Translations under genes and position numbers: made by a program | The notes under the pieces: generated by a model | Databases searched by the model: none | Told to the model about the DNA's origin: nothing | What the model saw: the letters and a program-made list of their open reading frames with translations, nothing else | From: Hemiscyllium ocellatum | Lineage: Eukaryota | Direction: 5' to 3' | Length of the DNA stretch: 64,000 nt | Assembly (NCBI RefSeq): GCF_020745735.1 | Contig: NC_083425.1 | Span: 33,033,575 to 33,097,574, forward strand | Shown here: positions 47,381 through 60,499 of the stretch, one piece after another | Layout: every line of letters starts with the position of its first letter | How positions within the stretch are numbered: the first letter of the stretch is position 1

Positions 47381-48959
47381 GAACTGAAGAGGCGAGTTGA
47401 CATTTTGCCAAGTTTCGATCAGGTAGACAAATGGAATGTGTACCAACGGGAATCGGACTTTCCCTCAGCAACACCAAACCAACCTGCAACTTGAAGGGAG
47501 GTGGAAAGAAGGAACAGGATAGACCATTGCTTCCAGTGTGGGTGTTGATAAGATAATCTCCTGTATTAAATTATGCACTATAGTTCTCACGTCTTTCTTT
47601 TAATATTTCAGGGTGACTCAACCTTCCTGCAGAACGCTAGATGGAGTATAAACCCCATTTCTCCAAACCGGGAGATGAAATAACGCTCATCCATAGGCAG
47701 GGGAGAAGAGCTCAATCTAGAATTTGTTGTCGCTCCTGCTCCAGAGAGGCGCACTAACATCCCTGATCTAGTTAAACATTTTTAAACGGCAATTGTAGCT
47801 TTTCCCCTGAAGTTAATTTATTATTCTCCTTCTATTGATATTGCTACTTAAAGAAAAAAAAATGAGTATATTTTTATGTTCATGGAATTTCACCTCAAGC
47901 TCACGCCAGAATTGGAGGTTGTAAATTATATCTGTTCTACTAAATGCATCTGTTTTTACCAAAGGAGTAGATATTATCTCAGGTCATTGCTATTCAGAAG
48001 GTAGTTTAAACACGAGTTTAAACACGAGTTTAAAATTGACCAGAAGAAGGCATTAGAAAGGTTGGTTGCAAATTCATGTTGACAAAACATGAGGAATAGA
48101 CAATATGCACTCAGGAACTGAAGGAGTTAAAGCTGGAGATTGAAGGGGCACTGACCTTAATTCTCCCATCCCTCCGGTACGGGGCTTAAAGCCTGAGCCT
48201 CTGGCCAGAGATAACAACATATCCAACACAGAGAGTAGGCAATACTGCTGATAAGCACAAAACTTCCGAAAGACGTTTGGAAAAGTGTTGTACAACAACC
48301 GTGTGAACAAAGTAGACTTGTGAAATAAAAGGCACAAATTCAATATCAACTTTAAAAAAAAGTCAAGTGACAGAAAACTGTGTAGTAATGAGCAGTTGCT
48401 GCTGATCTGAGGGAAGTTGGTGTTAGGATCCTTCCCTTTCTGCTATTTGTTACAAATATGGTCCTTCGGGTCTTAGGCAAACTTCAAAATTTGTGAACAA
48501 TAAGAAACTTGCAAACAGCGAGTAGGATTATGCAGAAATTCACAAGCACATAGACACATTAGTGGAATAGGCAGATAAGAGTCAACTAAAATTTAGAGCA
48601 GAAGAGGATGTAGTTGTTTAATTTGGCTGGAAGAATGAGGAGAAACAATATAAAATAAAGGTACGATTCTTATGGGGAATGCAGGATCCGAAGGACCTGG
48701 AAATACTTGTGCATGGATTTTTATTTTGAATTCCTTCACAGGAGAGGATGTTGCTGTCTCAACACACATTTATTGTCCACCCCTAGTTGCCCAGAGAGTA
48801 ATTAAGAAACAACCATATTGTGTAGGTCTGTAGTCCTCTGCAGACTAATGATAGATTTCTGTCCCTGAAATACATAAATGAATCAGATGGGTTTTACAAC
48901 AATCACCAGTAAAGACCATTAAGCCAGCTTTTGTGAACATTTGTTATATTCAAATTCCA

Positions 48960-51370
48960 ACATCAGAGATAGACAGAGCTAAGTGACCCCACAACCAACA
49001 AATCAGATCTTAGCTCTGCAGTCCTTCCACATCCAGTTGTGAATAGTGGTGAACAATTAAACAACTCACTGGAGGAGGACACTCCACAAATATCCCCATC
49101 TTCAATGATGGAGGAGCCCAGCACATCAGTGCAAAGGATAAGGCTGATGCATTCGCAACAATCTTCAGGCAGAAGTGCCGAGTGGATGATTCATCTTGGG
49201 CTCCTCCAATAGTCCCCAACGTTACAGATACCAGTCTCCAGCCAAATCGATTCACTCCATGTGATATCAAGAAATGCTGGAAGCACTGGATGCTGCAACA
49301 ACAATGGGCCCTGGTATAACATTCCGGTGATAGTACAGAAGATATATGCTCCAGAACTTGCTGCTCCTCTAGCCAAGCTCTTCTGGTCTACTTCTTCTAC
49401 AACACTGGCATCTACCCAACAATGTGGAAAATCACCCAGATATGTCTTGTACACAAAAACAGGACAAATCCAAGCCATCAAATTGCCATCCAGTCAGTCT
49501 ACTCTCAATGATCAGAAAAGTGTCGGAAGGGGTCATCAACAGGGCAATCAAACAGCACCGGCTCAGTAGTAGCTAGAAAAGCACAGCAGTTCAAGCAGCA
49601 TCTGAGGAGCAGGAAAATCAATGTTTCGGGCAAAAACCCTTCATCAGGAATAGAGGCAGGGTACCTGCAGAGTGGAGAGCTAAATGAGAGGGGGGTGGGG
49701 GTGGGGAGAAAGTAGCATAGAGTACAATAGGTGAATGGGGCAGGGGATGGAGGCGAGGTTTCCAGCATCTGCTGTCCTTGTTTTTACCTCGTTGATTTTA
49801 ACCTTACTGTGAATCCTCTTGCAAGGACGCCTGTCTTTAAGAAGTTTTCCTCCTCTCTCTACAAGAATCTCAGTGAGTCTCTACTTATCATCTCCATCTC
49901 CAGCCCCATTCACCTATTGTACTCTATGCTACTTTTTCCCCGACCCCACCCCCTCTCATTTATCTCTCCACTCTGCAGGCACCCTACCTCTATTCCTGAT
50001 GAAGGGGTTTTGCCCGAAACATTGATTTTCCTGTTCCTCGCATGCTGCCTGACCTGCTGTGCTTTTCCAGCACCACTCTAATCTAGACCTGCTCAGCAAT
50101 AACCTGCTCAGTGATGCCCAATTTGGGTTTCTCCAGGGTCACTCAGCTCCTGGTCTGATTACAGCTTTGATTCAAACATGTACAAAAGAGCTCAAATCCA
50201 AAGGTGAGAGTGACAGCCCTTGACATCAAGGTCGCATTTGACCTTGTATGGCATCAAAGAGCCCTGGCAAAATTGGAATCAATGGATATCAGGGGGCAAA
50301 CACTCTATGAGTTAGGGTCATACCTGGCTCAAAGGAAGATGGTTGTGGTTGTGGAGAGTCAGTCACCTCAACATCAGGGCATCTCTACAGGAGTCCCTCA
50401 GAGTAGTGCCCTAGGCCCAACAATCTTCAACTGCTTCATCAATGATTTTCCCTCTGTCATAAGGTCAGAACTTGGGATGTTCGCTGATAATTGCACAGTG
50501 TTCAGCACCATTCATGACTCCTCAGATACTGAAGCTGTCTGTGCTGAAATGCAACAAGATGTGGACAATATCCAGGCTTGGGCTGACAAGTGGGAAGTAA
50601 CATTCACGCCACGCAAATGCCAGACAATGATCTTCACCAGTAAGAGAGACTCTAACCACCACTCCTTGACATTCAACAGTATTACCATCACTGAATCCCC
50701 CACTGTCAATATCCTTGTGGTTACCGTTGACCAGACACTCAACTGGACTCACCACATAAACACAGTAGCTGCAAGAGCAGGTCAGAGACTTGGGGTCCTG
50801 GGGCGAGTAACTCACCTCCTGACACCCCACAGTCTATCCTCCATCTACAAGGCACAAATCAGAAGTGTGATGGAATACTCCCCACTTGCCTGGATGGATG
50901 TAGCTCCAACAACAGTCAAGAACTTTGACACCATCCAGGACAAAGCAATCCACTTGATTGGCACCACATCTACAAACATTCAATCCCTCCAATACTGGCA
51001 GTCAGTAGCAGCAGTGTGTGCTATCTACGAGATGCACTGCAGAAACTCATCAAACAGCACCTTCAAAACCCATGACTACTTCCATCTAGAAGGACAAGGG
51101 CAGAGAGTACTTGGGAACACCATCACCTGCATGTTCCCCTCCAAGCCACTCACCATCCTGACTTCAAAATACCGGAGTATACTGCTGTTCCTTCACAATT
51201 GTTAGGTCAATCTTCTGGAATTCCCTCCCTCCCAGAATTGTGGGTCAATCCACAACAAGTGGATTGCAGTGATTCAAGAAGGCAGCTCATCACCACCTTC
51301 TCAAAGGCAAATACGGATGGGCTATCAATGCTGGCCAGCAAGCGATGCCCAAGTCCCACAAATAAATAAT
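48960..51370 (+). mobile_element. CR1-group LINE 3' half, interrupted by a PLE-A fold-back
   Basis: ORF 50204-51205 ALDIKVAFDLVWH, GVPQSSALGP, MFADNCT, IRSVMEYSPLAW; tail gcagctcatcaccaccttctc...aataaataataag. Confidence 0.85.
49567..50086. mobile_element. Fold-back PLE-A mini-element
   Basis: Inverted arms at about 49567-49760 and 49880-50080; hammerheads at 49619-49646 (-) and 49996-50023 (+) with decayed stem III; TSD acc(g/t)gctcag at 49557-49566 and 50087-50096. Confidence 0.8.
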
Positions 51371-52899
51371 AAGAAAATCAACCATAGTAAGATTTGAACT
51401 CATTGCACCAAAGTATTAGCCTGGGCCAATACATCACTGGTCCAGTGACATGACCACTAAGCTGCTGACCCATACTGAAGGGCCAGTGCAAGTTCAAAAA
51501 GCTTTATACCATATTGAATTCTATCCTTTATAATAGTAATATATAGTACAGAAGTATGGAATGCATGATAAACCTATGTAAGACACTGATTCAACCTCAG
51601 TTGAAAAATTGTCCAGTTTTAGGCACCACATGTTAGGAAATACATGAAGGCATTAGAAAGGGTTAAGAGAAGATTCACAAGAATGGTTCTTGGGTTAAGG
51701 AATTCAGTTGTACTGATAGATTGGAGAGATTGGAAGTGTTTTCTTTAGAGAAGAGAAGCCTGAGGGTTATTTGATTGAAGTGGTCAAATCCATGAGAGTC
51801 TGGACAGAGCAGATCAGGAAGAAACTGTTCCCAGTGGTGGGAGGATTGAGACCCAGAGGATACAGATTCAAGGTATTGACTACAGGAGCAATGGCAACAT
51901 GAGGAATTAAATCATGCAGCGAAGGATCTGGACTGTACTGCGTGAGATGATTGTGGAGAATAAACACAGAATGTTGGAGAAACTCAGCAGATCTGGCAAT
52001 ACCTGTGATGAGAAAAGCAGATTTAATGTTCTGAGTCTGGTCTGATCCTTCTTCGGAGCTGCAGAAAAGCTGTTCTGAATTATATCATCTCTGCGATGCT
52101 ATAAATAAAAGTGTCTGAGCTTAAAGAAGCCAAGATCATCCCATAGACAGAAACGGAAGAGTAATGTGCCACGGTTACTAACAGTGACAAAGAATGTTCT
52201 TCAAGATTTTGGGAAGTCTATTTTGTAACTGGGTAAGGATGAAATGATTCTATTATACGCTAGACCAGACAACTCAAAACATTCTTGAGCAGGCAACCCA
52301 GACCATGACCTTGCAATTTGTTTTGGTAAGTACAATATCTTTATACACTGCCATGCTTACTTAGGGGTACATGAGCAACTCTCATTGCAAAGTGGGTCAG
52401 CTGCCCAGCTTACAGATTGGATCAGGCTGCCTCTCAGGGCTGCTCGCTTGCTCTTTGAGTACTCACTAAATCAGTACCTGCTTGGATGCTGTCAGCTTCT
52501 GCCTTGCCTTTTAGTGATTTACCCCAGAGCTAACAGGCATGCAGTAGTTCTCTATGTCCTAATTTTTAGCATGGATTCAAAGCCAGGCAACTTGTCATGG
52601 CTCTCAGCTGTTATGAGGCAAGAGGTGGGCATGCTGCTATGTCAGTCTCGCATCTTTCCCATGTGCTAGAACTGTATGTATTAAATGCATGTACTTCAGG
52701 CAAATGGTCATGTAAATATGTTCACCTGGAATTAGAGAAAGGGAGGGATTAAGTGAGGTGAAAGTAGGAACACAGCTGTTGATGCTAGTGCAGGTAAGTA
52801 AAGGTAGTGAGGTATCCTGAGTGAGTTAGAGGCACAGGGGTCATGCAGGATTAGTGGTGTGGAGGAATTCTGTGGGTGAGAGCGAGTGAGGGAAAATGT

Positions 52900-53400
52900 T
52901 GCAGGGAACAGAGAGGGTGAAAGAGCATAAGCATAGCTGGAGTTGTGTGCAGTGGCAGAGGTAGAGTGAGTGTGAGGTAGCTAGGAGATGATGGTAGCAC
53001 TTACCCTGACAGAACAGTACAGCTCATTGGCCATCTGCCCACACTGCTGTGTGTTCCTGCTGAGACCACACTGACCTGGGTGGAAACCTCAGGGCAGGCT
53101 GGCAGCACCTGGCTCTGTGGCCCCCTCTATGTGTTCTGTCAGAAGAGGAGTTTACTCCTGTGATCCACCCTGTCCATATTGCAAGGCCACCATTTACCCC
53201 TTAGCTGCCCTGTCTGCAATGTCAGGAACTGTGCAGGTCTGCTCCAGACTGACAGAACTTGTCTGGGTGTGCAGCAGTGAGTGCCGGTTCGAGGGAACAC
53301 AAGACATTCCAGCAGTGGTGAATACTTCCAGCTCTAGTAAATGGGAGAGTTGGGCTAGTATCAGACAAGAGGGTCACCATAGGGGTGTGGTGAGTAGTTA
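52900..53400 (-). mobile_element. PIF/Harbinger relic, Myb/SANT-like exon
   Basis: Minus strand reads ..QVSVVS..(R)NTQQC....N.L followed by gtaagt, parallel to 35370-35590. Confidence 0.5.
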
Positions 53401-54039
53401 ATGAAAGGAGCTTAAGACCATTGTGTGAGAAAACCCATTAGATCCATGAAACTCAATGAAAATGTCTCTGTCAACACAGAGTCCTCAATCCTTTGTTTGA
53501 GCAATGAATACACTGTTTAAATAAGAACTAGGAGCAGAGAATTACAGATTTTATGCACAGTCTGTCAATAATTATTTTTGTTTTTAACATCCCTTTTCCT
53601 TTTTACTGTTTTCTCACTGACTAGTAGCTGCAACCATTAATCACATCCCTCATTATATTGCACTTTGTGCAACTCAACTCAAATGCAATGCCCTAGCATT
53701 TGCAGCCACTGTTTGTAGCTAACTGTGCCTCCTCATTCACACAGACTGGAATATTAGCTCACAGGCGAATTGGTTGCCTGGATCTCTTTGTGTATCAATG
53801 TTGGTGCAGATTTTCAGTTGTTCTTGATGACTATGCAAATAGAGCTATGGATTTTGATAATTGGCAGCCACAATTGCAGAGGGTGGTATGTGAATGGAAT
53901 GAGCTGCCAAAGGAGGCCGGGATAATTGCAGCAGTTAAAAGTCATCTGGATAGGTATATGAATAGGAAGGGTTTAGCGATGGCATGGATGAGTTGGACCA
54001 AATGGCCTGTTTCCATTTTGTATGAATCTATGAATCGAA

Positions 54040-54590
54040 AAGTGAGAATTACCCTGAGTACGCTAGCTAAATTGACTACTAAGTTTTAAAACAGACAGAA
54101 ATTTATTTACAAAATTACACAATGAAACACAAAGAACAGAATAAGGAACCCCTACAGAACTCAGTCTTTCCAAGTTCTGAATATACACAGCAGTCCCAAT
54201 AAGCAATCCCTCTTGAAACACAGTTAAAAATGGAACAGATGCTTACAGGTTGAAGCTAGAAAGATAGAAAGAGAGAAAGTTTGTTTCTACACAGCTTACT
54301 GTTGAACCCCCAACTAGTTTTGGACTGAACTGAACTGAACTGCTTAGCTAGAGAGCTGACCACTCCAATTTCATTATACAGGTCTCTTCTAAAACATGAC
54401 CACTTTGGACTGAAGTCTCATCTGTTTACATATAAACAAAAAGGCTTCTCAGTACATTTTAATCTTTGAACCAAACCAAACTAATCGGAACCGAGAGCTA
54501 TTTATTAACCCTCTGAAAAAAAAACCAAGGACATAGTAAACTCAAGAAAAGAAACATCTTTTAGAAAAAAGAAACCAGCTTTGTGACAAA
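54040..54590 (-). mobile_element. LTR-like fragment
   Basis: Ends ...ttgtgaca; minus-strand aataaa; composition like the solo LTR at 12.6 kb; other end not resolved. Confidence 0.4.
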
Positions 54591-55619
54591 TCAAACAAGG
54601 AGTTAGCCACAGACTTGCAGCTCTTGATGGCATTTACCCATCTTGGTCAAATAAGGGAGATGGAGCTGAAGGACAATTACAAAGCATGGAGTGAGCTAAG
54701 GATAAGTAATTTGAGAATTTTGAGTGTTGATGATTTTGAGTAGCAAAGCATTGAGAGTGTGAGTGACTGAACTAAAACTCAAATAAATGATAGCTGGGGG
54801 GGGATAATTATTTATATTGATAATCAACATAGGACAGGAGGAGAGGTTGACGCTTTCTGCCTCTATCATCTTTTCAGGCAGCAAACCTCCAGCATTGCCT
54901 GTGTAAAACAAAATCTCATCAACTCCCCATAATCTTTTGTAAGTTACATGAGACCTATGTCTCTAATTATTGGCATCACTACTAAGTGAAATAGATCATT
55001 CCTATGCACATTATCCTGCCCCACTCCCCCCCACAACTTCGTACAGATCAGTTGAATCTCTTCTCATCCTTCATTGCTCCAAAGAAAACAGATCATACTA
55101 TTGAAGCTCTCCACACGGCTAAAATTATATTTCGTTGCCAATTTTACAGAGAATATTTGGGGAGGAATAGACTTAAACTATTAAACAGTTCAGCTGGCAA
55201 CCTGGGCATCTGCTCTGACAATGAAGAGGTTGGAGCTAACAGGAGGCAAGAGCTCTCGATGAAAGAGGAACAATGTCGAGTAGGCTGCTCCTTGGATCAT
55301 AGAATGGTTACAGCACAAAAAAAAAAGCCATTTGTCCCTCATGTCCATGCTGACTCTCCACAGAATTAATTTAGAAAATAATCCAGTCCATTATTTTGTC
55401 GTATCATTGGATTTCTTTTTTCTCTTCAGACAATTATTTCTGAACTTGGACAAGTATAATATCATGTGACCTGCCCAGCAGCCAAAGTGAGCAGAGGTGA
55501 GTAAGAAATCAAACCTGGGTATAAGGACCATGGATTCTAGGGAGCAATCTTGCAAAAGTTCATTCACAACTTATCTTTCTCAGAGCTTTTCAGCAATTAA
55601 ACGTACATGCGTAAGTTCA

Positions 55620-58600
55620 TTTGCTGAGAGGTGCGAGGGAGGAGCGAAGGACTTCTGGGAAGGTGTGTCTGACTGTTTAAAAACCTTACTTCAGGCGTCA
55701 GGGCCTGCATTTGCCGAGAGGTACGAGGGATGAGAGAAGGAATTCTGGGAAGCCATGTATTTGTGTGGTTGCGTTACCCAAAACACTACTTGGGTAGTGT
55801 CTCCCACCCATCCTCCTCCTCTAACCAAAATAAAAGATTCTGTGCACCACATTGGTAAGGTAACGAGTTTATTTTTTATTCCTTATTTTTCAACAGTCTC
55901 TTTGGGAATTTAGAATAGTGGGAATGGAGGTTAGGGCAGTTGAATGTTCCTCCTGCCAAATGTGGGAGGTAAGGGTCACCACTAGTGTTCCTCCTGACTG
56001 CATCTGCGGGAAGTGCACCCAACTCCAGCTCCTCAAAAACCATCTTAGGGAACTGGAGCTAGAGCTGGATGAACTTCGGATCATTCGGGAGGCAGAGGGG
56101 GGTTTTGAGAGGAGTTACAGGGAGGTAGTCACTCCTCAGGTACAAGAAAAAGGCAGATGGGTTACTGTCAGGGGACAGAAAGGGAATTGGCAGGCAGTGC
56201 AGGGATCCCCTGTGGCCATTCCCCTCAACAATAAGTATACCGTTTTGGATACTGTTGGGGGGGGAACGACTTACCAGGGGAAAGCAGTGGGGCACTGGGC
56301 TCTGGCACAGAGTCTGTCCCTGCTGCTCAGAAGGGAAGGGAGAAGAGGAACAGAGCAGTAGTCATGGGACTCCATAATTAGGGGGACAGATAGGATGTTC
56401 TGTGGGGATGAGAGGGATTCACGGTTGGTGTGTTGCCTCCCAGGTGACAGAGTCTGTGATGTCTCTGATCGTGTTTTTGGGATCCTTAAGGGGGAGAAGG
56501 AGCAACCCCAAGTCATGGTCCACATAGGCACCAACGACATAGGTAGGAAGAGAGATGGGGATTTCAGGCAGAAATTCAGGGAGCTAGGTTGGAAGCTTAG
56601 AGCTAGGATGAACAGAGTTATTGTCTCTGGTTTGTTGCTTGTGCCACGTGCAAGTGAGGCGAGGAAGAGAGGAGTTGAACACATGGCTACAGGGATGGTG
56701 CAGGAGGGAGGGTTTCGGATTTGTGGATAATTGGGGCTCTTTCTGGGGTAGGTGGGACCTCTACAAGCAGGATGGTCTTCATCTGAACCAGAGGGGGTAC
56801 CAATATCCTGGGGGGAGGGATATTCGTTAAGGCTATTGGGATGGGTTTAAACTAATCCAGCAGGGGGATGGGAACCAAAATTGTAGTTCGAGTATAGAAA
56901 TGGTTGAGAGTAGGGAGGTCTAAAATCAAGTTTCAGGGATGCAAGATGGCACTGGGAAGCAAGAAGCTGGTTTGAAGTGTGTCTACTTCAATACCAGGAG
57001 CATCCGGAATAAGGTGGATGAACTTGCAGCATGGGTTGGTACCTGGGACTTCGATGTTGTGGCCATTTCTGTGATGTGAATAGAGCAGGGACAGGAATGG
57101 TTGTTGCAGGTTCCAGGATTTAGATGTTTCAGTAAGAACAGAGAAGATGTTAAAAGAGGGGGAGGTGTGGCATTGTTGGTCAAGGACAGTATTACAGTTG
57201 CAGAAAGGATGTTTGGGGACTTGTCATCTGAGGTAGTATGGGCTGAGGTTATAAACAGGAAAGGAGAGGTCACCCTCTTGGGAGTTTTCTATAGTCCTCC
57301 GAATAGTTCCAGAGATGTAGAGGAATGGATAGCAAAGATGATTCTCGATAGGAGTGAGAGAGACAGGGTAGTTGTCATTGGGGGACTTCAACTTTCCAAA
57401 TATTGACTGGGAACATGATAGTACGACTACTATAGATGGGTCAGTTTTTGTTCAGTGTGTGCAGGAGGTCTTCCTGACACAGTATGGAGGCAGGCCAACA
57501 AGGGGCAAAGCCACATTAGATTTGGTACTGGGTAATAAGCCTGGCCAGGTGTTAGACTTGGAAGTAGGTGAGCACTTTGGCGATAGCAATCACAATCTGT
57601 TATGTTTACTTTAGTGATAGAAAGGGATAGGTGTGTACCACTGGGCAAGAGTTACAGCTGGGGGAAAGGCAATTACGATGTGATTAGGCAAAATTTAGGA
57701 AGCATAGGATGGAGAAGGAAACTGCAGGGGATGGGCACATTAGAAATGTGGAGCTTATTCAAGCAAAAGCTCCTGTATGTCCTAGATAAGTATATACCTG
57801 TCAGGCAGGGAGGAAGCTGTAGAGCGTGGGAGCCATGGTTACGAAGGAAGTGGAAACTCTGGTCAAGAGGAAGAAGAAGGTTTATGTTTGGATGAGATAT
57901 GAAGGCTCAGTTAAGGTGCTTGAGGGTTACAAGGTAGCCAGGAAAGACCTAAAGAGAGAGCTCAGAAGAGCCAGGAGGAGACATGAGAAGTTGTTGGCAG
58001 ATGGGATCAGGGTAAACCCTAAGACTTTCTATAGGTATTTAAGGAATAAAAGAATGACGACAGTAAGATTAGGGCCAAGCAAGGATAGTAGTGGGAAGTT
58101 GTGTGTGGAGTCAGAGGAGATAGGGGAAGCACTAAATGAATATTTTTTGATAGTATTCACTCTAGAAAATGACAATGGTGTTGAGGAGAATACTGAGATA
58201 CAGACTACTAGACTAGGTGGGATTGAGGTTCACAAGGAAGAGGTATTAGAAATCCTGCAGAGTGTGAAAATAGATATGTCCCCTGGGCTGGATGGGATTT
58301 ATCCTAGGATCCTATGGGAAGCCAGGGAAGAGATTGTCGAGCCTATGGCGTTGATATTTAAATTGTCATCGTCTACAGGAATAATGTCAGAAGACTGGAG
58401 GTTAGCAAATGTGATTCCCCTGTTCAAGAAGGAGAGACAACCCTGGTAATTATAGACCAGTGAGCCTCACTTCAGTTGTTGGCAAAGTGTTGGAAAAGGT
58501 TTTAAGAGATAGGATTTATAATCATCTAGAAAAGAATAATTTGATTAGGGCTAGTCAGCACACTTTTGTGAAGGGTAGGTCATGCCTCACAAACCTTTTT

Positions 58601-59815
58601 GAGTTCTTTGAGAAGGTGACCAAACAGGTAGATGAGAGTAAACCGGTTGATGTGGTGTATGTGGATTTCAGCAAGGCATTTGATAAGGTTCCCCACAGTA
58701 AGCTATTGTACAAAATGCGGAGGAATGGGATTGTGGGAGACGTAGCAGTTTGGATCAGTAATTGGCTTGCTGAAAGAAGACAAAGGGTGGTGGATGATGG
58801 GAAATGTTCATCCTGGAGTCCATACTAGTGGTATACTGCAAGGGTCAGTTTTGGGTCCAGTGCTGTTGGTCATTTTTATAAACGACCTGGATGAGGGCGT
58901 AGAAGGGTGGGTTAATAAATATGCTGACGATACTAAGGTTGATGGAGTTGTGGATAGTGACAAAGGATATTCTGGTTACAGAGAGACATAGATTAGCTGC
59001 AGAGCTGGGCTGAGAGGTGGCAAATGGAGTTTAATGCGGACAAGTGTGAGGTGATTCACTTTGGTCGGAGTAACTGAAATGCAAAGTACTGGGCTAATGG
59101 TAAGATTCTTGGTAGTGTAGATGAGCAGAGAGATCTCGGTGTCCATGTCCACAGATCCTTGAAAGTTGCCACCCAGGTTGACAGGGTTGTTAAGAAGGCA
59201 TACAGTGTTTTAGCTTTTATTAATAGAGGATCGAGCTCTGGAACCATGAGGTTATACTGCAGCTGTACAAAACTCTGGTATGGCTGCACTTGAAGTATTG
59301 TGTACTGTTCTGGTCACCACAATATAAGAAGGATGTGGAAGCTTTGGAAAGGGTGCAGAGGAGATTTATTGGGATGTTGCCTGGTATGGAGGGAAGGTCT
59401 TACGAGGAAAGGCTGAGGGACTTGAGGCTGTTTTCGTTAGAGAGAAGGTTGAGAGGTGACTTAACAGAGACATATAAGATAATCAGAGGGTTCAATAGGG
59501 TGGACAGGGAGAGCCTTTTTCAAAGTATGGTGACGGCGAGCACGAGGAGGCATAGCTTTAAATTGAGGGGTGATAGATATAGGACAGATGTCAGAGGTAG
59601 TTTCTTTACTCAGAGAGTAGTAAGGGCATGGAATGCTGTCTGCAACAGTACTAGATTTGCCAACTTTAAGTACACTTAAGTCATCATTGGACAAGCATAT
59701 GGACGTACATGGAATAGTGTAGGTTAGATGGGCTTCAGATTGTTATGACAGGTCGGTGCAACATCGAAGGCCGAAGGGCCTGTATTGCGCTGTCATGTTC
59801 TATGTTCTATGTTCA
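55620..59815 (+). mobile_element. Near full-length CR1 LINE (ORF1 zinc-finger/esterase, APE, RT), multiple frameshifts
   Basis: AVECSSCQMWEV..CGKCTQLQLL, HIGTNDIG, GDFNFPNIDW, PGLDGIYPRILWE, VDFSKAFDKVPH, YADDTK; (ttctatg)n tail. Confidence 0.93.
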
Positions 59816-60499
59816 AGTAGTTCTAACTTCAAATAGCACTGGACGTTTTATGCCTTTCATTGGACCCTAAGATATCTATTTAAGGTCAAGGATCTTGTGG
59901 TCCTATGGTAGTATGCACCCTCTGTGAAGCCAGAAAGTCTGGGTTCAAGGTCCATCTGTTCAGAAGTGTGTCATAACATGTCCAAACCACTTCAATAAAA
60001 TGACAGTATACCGAAGGAGGCCTGCTACCTGAAATAGGAGGCATTTAGACAATTCAGTGGTGGAAAATAGTGGAAGCCTCAAGAGCAGGCTAATCAAATG
60101 CTGACTACAAACTGTCCTAAGGAAATTACAGACTTAGTGATGGCTTGCTAACATCAGCAGGGTCAGGTTTAGTTATAAAAAGTTGCAATGCTAAATAACC
60201 TATTCATATTCACAGGCTGTTGGAAATTTATTGTATCAAAGAAACATCAGCACAGCAAAAAATGTTTTGTTTTCTCAAGTGGAAAACTTGGCATGTATTC
60301 AAACGAAAGCCATTAAAAGCATACAAGCAATGTTATTATAAAATTAACTACCCAAGGGTGTGCACTAAGGAAAAAAGCTCCAAAGGCATGGAGTCATGCA
60401 AATATGCACGTAAAAGAGTTATGGTTAGAGAGCTTTTACTTGGTATGATCAGACTAATTAATCTCAAAGTTTGGTATAGCAACTGCTCTGCCTGTAAGA

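Noticed and set aside
48003-48034. 12-bp tandem repeat gtttaaacacga (about 2.5 copies)
   Set aside because: Simple slippage duplication with no evidence of function.
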